DNA of 64,000 nt, from the NCBI GenBank assembly GCA_004356825.1, contig SMXC01000249.1, forward strand, positions 21,885 to 85,884, written 5' to 3'. The notes beneath the pieces are model-generated. The model was not told the origin of the DNA. It made no database searches and saw only the letters and a program-made list of their open reading frames with translations. Positions 59,517-64,000 of the stretch are shown in pieces. The translations under genes and the position numbers were made by a program. This stretch comes from Caldithrix sp. (lineage in GTDB: Bacteria > Zhuqueibacterota > Zhuqueibacteria > Oceanimicrobiales > Oceanimicrobiaceae). Position 1 is the stretch's first letter. The number at the start of each line of letters is the position of its first letter.

Positions 59517-60491
59517 TTACTGAACGTTCTCCAACTGCGCCTTTTCTTCACCCTCGACAACCACGTTCGGGTGTTCCGAGATGCTTAAACCCAGAGCGCA
59601 TTTCAGGGCCACAATGGCAACTTCCAACTGGCTTTCATCAGGTTCTTTTGTGGTCAGTCTTTGCAGCCACATTCCCGGTAAAATGAACGGCCGCCAAAAA
59701 CTTTTCTTTGCTCCGACATCCGACAGTCGAATAAGTTCATATGAAATGCCGCCAATGAGCGGAAGAAAAGCAAGACGCAGCAATCTATCTCCCAGGTCTA
59801 CCGGTTTACCTAAAAACATATACACAAAAATGCTGACCACCATCACGATGAATAAGAAACTGGTGCCGCAGCGGGGGTGAAAGCGCGAAAGCGGTTTTGC
59901 GGCGGCTGGTGTAAGGTCCTTTTTGTTTTCAAACGCAAAAATGCTCTTATGCTCGGCCCCGTGATATTCAAAAATACGGCGAATGTCTTTCATCAATGTT
60001 ATCGCGCCGAGATAGAGAAGAAAAATCGACAGGCGTAGAAAACCGTCAACCAGGTTAAACATGAATCCGCTTTCTGCGCCTAGCAATTCGGTTAAAATCA
60101 GGGGCACATAAAAGAAAATAAACAATCCGATTCCAAAGGAGAACAGGACAGTAAGCCCCAGCCACACACTGGCCAGCCAACCTCTCTTTTCCGGGATGAC
60201 GTCTTTGTTGTTATTTTTTCTTTCATTTTTCTTCTCATCTTCAACAGCAACATCGCCTGAAAAAGTCAAAGCTCGAACTCCCAAAACCAGAGACTCTATC
60301 AGGACAACCGAGCCTCTCAGGATCGGAAAGGATAAAACTTTAAAGCGTTTGATAAAAGAAACAAACGATTTTTTCCGCACTAAAATACTGCCGTCCTGCC
60401 GGCGAACTGCCACAGAAACAATTTGTGCCGATCTCATCATCACGCCTTCAATTACCGCTTGTCCGCCAATTTGTAGTGCTTGCTCGTTCAT
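59517..60491 (-). CDS. DUF1385 (YqhQ-like) family membrane protein.
   Basis: 324 aa. Family-defining N-terminus IGGQAVIEGVMMRS. Several TM helices. Conserved HGAEHK and HPRCGTSF blocks. Confidence 0.7.
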   Translation of the reverse strand: MNEQALQIGGQAVIEGVMMRSAQIVSVAVRRQDGSILVRKKSFVSFIKRFKVLSFPILRGSVVLIESLVLGVRALTFSGDVAVEDEKKNERKNNNKDVIPEKRGWLASVWLGLTVLFSFGIGLFIFFYVPLILTELLGAESGFMFNLVDGFLRLSIFLLYLGAITLMKDIRRIFEYHGAEHKSIFAFENKKDLTPAAAKPLSRFHPRCGTSFLFIVMVVSIFVYMFLGKPVDLGDRLLRLAFLPLIGGISYELIRLSDVGAKKSFWRPFILPGMWLQRLTTKEPDESQLEVAIVALKCALGLSISEHPNVVVEGEEKAQLENVQ

Positions 60492-60552
60492 AACTTTCAG
60501 ACCCTAAAATTAAAATTTCAAACTACCAGTAATCATTTTACCCTTGGGGAAA

Positions 60553-60592
60553 TAAAAAAACGGAATGGGCCTTTTTCAGGCTCTCATCCCGT
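60553..60592 (-). terminator. Rho-independent terminator candidate downstream of rpmE.
   Basis: Minus strand: CGGGATG-aGAGCC-TGAAAAA-GGC-c-CATTCCG (two-tier stem) followed by TTTTTTTATTT. Confidence 0.45.
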
Positions 60593-60616
60593 CCTTACCT
60601 TTTACCTACAGTTCAG

Positions 60617-61054
60617 TTATGAATTGGTCACAGCTTCTTTATCTTCCACCTTTTCAGTTTTACTTTCGGTTCCAACGGATTCGGCTTGTTCTTCAGCTTT
60701 TGCCTCAACTTTCGTTTCAGCTTTCGCGGCTACATTTTTTGCTTCAGCAGCTTGCCGCTCCGCTGCAGCTTTTTCCTCAACCGCCTTTTGTTCTGCGGCT
60801 TTTGCCTCAACTGCCTTTACTTCTTCTGCTTTTTCCTGGGCAGCTTTTTTATCAGCCAAACCGTATTTTTTCATAAACTTCTCAACACGGCCAGCCGAAT
60901 CAACCAAATGTTGTTTACCGGTAAAAAACGGGTGGCAGGCCGAACAGATTTCAACATTCATATCACCGACGGTCGATCGAACTTGAAATGAATGCCCGCA
61001 TGCACAGGTTACAGTACCAACTTTGTATTCCGGATGAATATCAGGTTTCACCAT
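60617..61054 (-). CDS. rpmE: 50S ribosomal protein L31 (Zn-ribbon type) with a 79 aa Ala/Lys/Glu-rich C-terminal extension.
   Basis: Residues 1 to about 66: [66 protein letters not shown], which is canonical L31 with CxC...CxxC. Then [40 protein letters not shown]... to residue 145. Confidence 0.85.
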   Translation of the reverse strand: MVKPDIHPEYKVGTVTCACGHSFQVRSTVGDMNVEICSACHPFFTGKQHLVDSAGRVEKFMKKYGLADKKAAQEKAEEVKAVEAKAAEQKAVEEKAAAERQAAEAKNVAAKAETKVEAKAEEQAESVGTESKTEKVEDKEAVTNS

Positions 61055-61156
61055 GAACTCCTTAAATTACAAATAACAATTTCTTTATTATGTCTGAAAA
61101 TTCAAGCGTTGAATATACGAAATCTGTATCTGAAATGCAAGAAAAATAATCAACCT

Positions 61157-62404
61157 TTAGGTATTCATTGATTCCAGGAAAGCCTTATTTGTCTTAGTCC
61201 CATGCATCCTGCTAAGCAGAAATTCCATAGCTTCTACAGAAGTCAAATCTGCGAGGAATTTACGTAGAATCCAAATACGTTTAATTTCAAAATCTTTTAA
61301 AAGAAGCTCTTCCTTTCTCGTGCCTGACCGGTTAACATCAATTGCCGGGAAAATTCTACGATCAGATATGCGGCGGTCAAGCTGTAATTCCATGTTGCCG
61401 GTTCCTTTAAACTCTTCAAAAATGACTTCATCCATACGACTACCGGTATCGATCAGTGCGGTGGCGATGATGGTCAAACTGCCGCCTTCTTCAATATTTC
61501 TGGCGGCTCCGAAGAATCTCTTCGGACGTTCCAAGGCCGTGGCGTCAAGGCCGCCGGAAAGAATTTTTCCGCTGTGCGGCACAACTGCGTTGTGCGCTCT
61601 CGCCAGCCTGGTTATACTGTCCAAAAGAATCACCACATCCTGGCCGTACTCAACCAGCCGTTTGGCTTTTTTCAAAACCATATCAGCCACCTGCACGTGG
61701 CGGTCCGGCGGCTCGTCAAAAGTCGAGCTGATAACCTCAGCTTTCACAGACCGCTGCATATCGGTGACTTCTTCAGGCCGTTCATCAATGAGCAAAACAA
61801 TCATTTTGATTTCCGGGTGATTGTCGCTGACAGCATTTGCAATTTTTTGCAGCAGAATTGTTTTTCCAGTTTTCGGTTGGGCAACAATTAAACCGCGCTG
61901 ACCTTTACCAATGGGTGTTAACATGTCCATGATCCGAGAAGAAAAATCCTTCGGTTTATGCTCAAGCTCAATTCTCTCCTCCGGATAAAGCGGGGTTAAG
62001 TTATCGAAGAGAATTTTCTTTTTCGCTTCTTCGGGGTTTTCAAAATTTACCGCCTCAACTTTAAGTAAAGCAAAAAACCGTTCACTTTCTTTTGGCGGAC
62101 GAATTTGCCCTGATACCGTATCCCCGGTTCTTAATCCGAAACGCTTTATTTGTGAAGGGGAGACATAAATATCATCCGGCCCCGGCAAGTAGTTGTAGTC
62201 CGGCGATCTTAGAAATCCATATCCATCGGGCAGCACTTCAAGAACGCCTTCAGCGAAAATCAACCCTTCTTGTTTGGTTTGTTCTTCCAGGATCCGGAAA
62301 ATCAATTCTTGTTTTTTAAGGCTAGTGGCGCCAGAAACATTCAGGGTTTGCGCCATTTTGGTCAATTCAGAAATTTTTAACGTCTTTAATTCAACGATCT
62401 CCAT
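61157..62404 (-). CDS. rho: Transcription termination factor Rho.
   Basis: 415 aa. N-terminal RNA-binding domain (cold-shock-like). Walker [10 protein letters not shown] and R loops. Preceded by a 325 bp leader (62405-62729), consistent with an autoregulated rho leader. Confidence 0.95.
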   Translation of the reverse strand: MEIVELKTLKISELTKMAQTLNVSGATSLKKQELIFRILEEQTKQEGLIFAEGVLEVLPDGYGFLRSPDYNYLPGPDDIYVSPSQIKRFGLRTGDTVSGQIRPPKESERFFALLKVEAVNFENPEEAKKKILFDNLTPLYPEERIELEHKPKDFSSRIMDMLTPIGKGQRGLIVAQPKTGKTILLQKIANAVSDNHPEIKMIVLLIDERPEEVTDMQRSVKAEVISSTFDEPPDRHVQVADMVLKKAKRLVEYGQDVVILLDSITRLARAHNAVVPHSGKILSGGLDATALERPKRFFGAARNIEEGGSLTIIATALIDTGSRMDEVIFEEFKGTGNMELQLDRRISDRRIFPAIDVNRSGTRKEELLLKDFEIKRIWILRKFLADLTSVEAMEFLLSRMHGTKTNKAFLESMNT

Positions 62405-62729
62405 AACAATTCCTTAATTTTAGAGGAGTATTTGATACAATGAAATTGGGTTCATTTGTGAGTTAATCAACTGCTACAAATAAACTTTTTTGACTGGAAA
62501 TTTTAAGATAAATCTTTAAGGGGTAAACTCTCTTGTGAAGTATACTTTAGTGAACGAATGGATTGGTTTAAAGTATATAGGTCAAAGTTAAAATAAACTG
62601 AATCCCTAAATACGAGCCTAAAGTTAGGGCTTAGTTGACACGATTAGTAAGGTTTTTGACGGGAACTCACCTTGTTGGGATTAAACAGTCGGGGTAGTTA
62701 ATTGAATTAACTAAATATAATTCCCTTTG

Positions 62730-64000
62730 TCAAGGTTTTTTATAAAAATGCAATAATTCTCCCACAACATTATGCGAACCCAAGATACAAATCAAGTCAT
62801 TTTCATTTGCAGAAGAGATTGCATTTTGAAAACCTGTTGCCATCTGCGGGCAGTAGACAGCTTGAACTGAATATCTCAATAATTCTTCACACAGAAGGCG
62901 GCCATCGAGGGCTCTTTCTGAATTCGGAGTTACAACAAAAACAGATTCAGCAGCAGAGGCAATAATTTTAGAAATTTCCCCAAAGTTTTTATCATTAAGT
63001 AACCCAACTAAGACAATCAAACGATCAAATTGATAAATACTTTTCAGATCTTTCATTATGGCTTTCACTGCGGCGGTGTTATGAGCAACATCGACGATGA
63101 TCTTAGGGCGATCCCTGAGTTTCTGTAAACGTCCAGGCCATTTAACATTTCGTAAACCCCCATAAATATCCTCCCGGGTTAAATTGAATTTGTCATGGAG
63201 AATTTTTGTTGCGGCCACCGCAAGGGCGGCATTGTTGATTTGATAACTGCCTGGCAATTGCAGTTTTAAATCTTCAAATTTATCGTCTGCAAAAGTTAGA
63301 TTGAACTCGGAGAAATCCTCAGTGCAAACATTCGTTTGAACAGAACACATTTCATCAAGGGTGTTAAGTTGTGAATTTTGTTGAAAAGCATATTTACTGA
63401 TAACAGCCGACACTTCCGGATGCCGCGATTGCCATAAGCATGGGACGTTGGTTTTAATGATGTGTGCCTTTTCAGTGGCAATTTCACTCAAGGTTGTCCC
63501 CAGGTACTCGGTATGGTCCAAGTCAATCTGGGTGATAATGCTTAAAACGGGTGAAATCACGTTCGTGGCATCGAGCCGGCCACCCAGGCCGACTTCGACT
63601 AAAGCAACATCTATTCCAGAGTCGGCAAAGTATCGAAAAGCTAACGCAGTCAGTGCCTCGAAATAAGTGCAGTTAATTCTTTCAATATCATCTTTTAATT
63701 TATCAACGTCGGAGATTAATTTTTCCATGGGAATCGGCACAGCATTTATTTGAATCCTCTCATTTATGGTTAAAAGATGGGGAGAGGTAAATAAACCTGT
63801 TTTGTATCCCGCATGCCGATAAATAGATTCGAGAAGTGCCGCAGTTGAACCTTTACCATTTGTACCCGCGATGTGAATGCTATTAAATTCTGTTTGTGGA
63901 TTTCCCATCCCATGCAATAATTTTAAGATTTTGTCAAGACCCAGGCGCCAGCCAAATCTCTGAAGATTATTTAAGAATTCAAGTGTATCAGTTTCATTCA
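62730..64000 (-). CDS. folC: Bifunctional folylpolyglutamate synthase / dihydrofolate synthase FolC; 5' end truncated by the window edge.
   Basis: Mur-ligase P-loop HIAGTNGKGST. Upstream in-frame sequence to the window edge (...LQRFGWRLGLDKILKLLHGMGNPQTEF) matches the conserved FolC N-terminus, so the real start lies beyond position 64000. The listed ORF start (TTG at 63917) is internal. Confidence 0.8.
   Translation of the reverse strand, partial: NETDTLEFLNNLQRFGWRLGLDKILKLLHGMGNPQTEFNSIHIAGTNGKGSTAALLESIYRHAGYKTGLFTSPHLLTINERIQINAVPIPMEKLISDVDKLKDDIERINCTYFEALTALAFRYFADSGIDVALVEVGLGGRLDATNVISPVLSIITQIDLDHTEYLGTTLSEIATEKAHIIKTNVPCLWQSRHPEVSAVISKYAFQQNSQLNTLDEMCSVQTNVCTEDFSEFNLTFADDKFEDLKLQLPGSYQINNAALAVAATKILHDKFNLTREDIYGGLRNVKWPGRLQKLRDRPKIIVDVAHNTAAVKAIMKDLKSIYQFDRLIVLVGLLNDKNFGEISKIIASAAESVFVVTPNSERALDGRLLCEELLRYSVQAVYCPQMATGFQNAISSANENDLICILGSHNVVGELLHFYKKP

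Overview
This is a 64 kb chromosomal segment from a diderm bacterium. Outer-membrane markers are present: a FadL-like barrel, TonB, the PilQ secretin and many TPR lipoproteins. The lineage is uncertain; gene content loosely resembles uncultured FCB-group-like taxa. The window is very gene-dense. Of the 58 gene-level features, 56 are on the minus strand, 1 on the plus strand, and the prmC 5' repeat is unstranded, which suggests long co-directional operons.

Read in the direction of transcription (high to low coordinate), the content is:
- folC (partial) and a rho-rpmE-DUF1385-prfA-[inserted e(P4) phosphatase]-prmC block.
- A phosphohexomutase gene.
- A secreted S55-like peptidase and a Reg_prop/Y_Y_Y beta-propeller protein.
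- nrnA, a catalytically dead M20D amidohydrolase homolog, and a soluble two-component pair.
- ispB, apbE, a UXS-like decarboxylase, rsfS, argS, a PfkB kinase, yjbQ and an ECF-type ATPase.
- A type IV pilus block: a pilM-pilN fusion, pilO, pilP, pilQ and pilT.
- An EEP phosphoesterase gene, the only plus-strand gene.
- comF, then gap-tpiA-secG-tRNA-Leu(GAG) and a TPR protein.
- fadD and a fused STAS/anti-sigma-kinase protein.
- A proteostasis cluster: htrA-dnaJ-htrA-fmdB-dnaK.
- An extended Bat/MoxR-vWA (aerotolerance-type) operon with three BatD-family paralogs, ending in tonB.
- A tripartite low-complexity lipoprotein, a FadL-like outer-membrane barrel, and a partial lipoprotein gene at the window start.

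No CRISPR array, rRNA, transposase or integrase was seen. The most unusual items are listed first, with interest scores.
1. An orphan lipoprotein with segregated acidic, aromatic (YDPF repeats) and basic Ser/Arg/Lys blocks, at 1950..3188 (0.6).
2. The expanded Bat operon with mini-BatD paralogs that share a C-terminal 'CDxxKFA' module (0.5-0.55).
3. A STAS-linker-GHKL partner-switching fusion next to the stress-protease and chaperone cluster (0.5).
4. A PilM-PilN fusion with a roughly 290 aa acidic N-terminal extension (0.45).
5. An M20D pseudoenzyme at the head of a sensor-less two-component module, plus a free-standing periplasmic Reg_prop/Y_Y_Y sensor-like protein (0.55 and 0.45).
6. A duplicated prmC 5' segment that marks an old insertion of an acid-phosphatase gene into the prfA-prmC operon (0.5).
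7. An ArgS whose HIGH motif reads NVVN (0.4).
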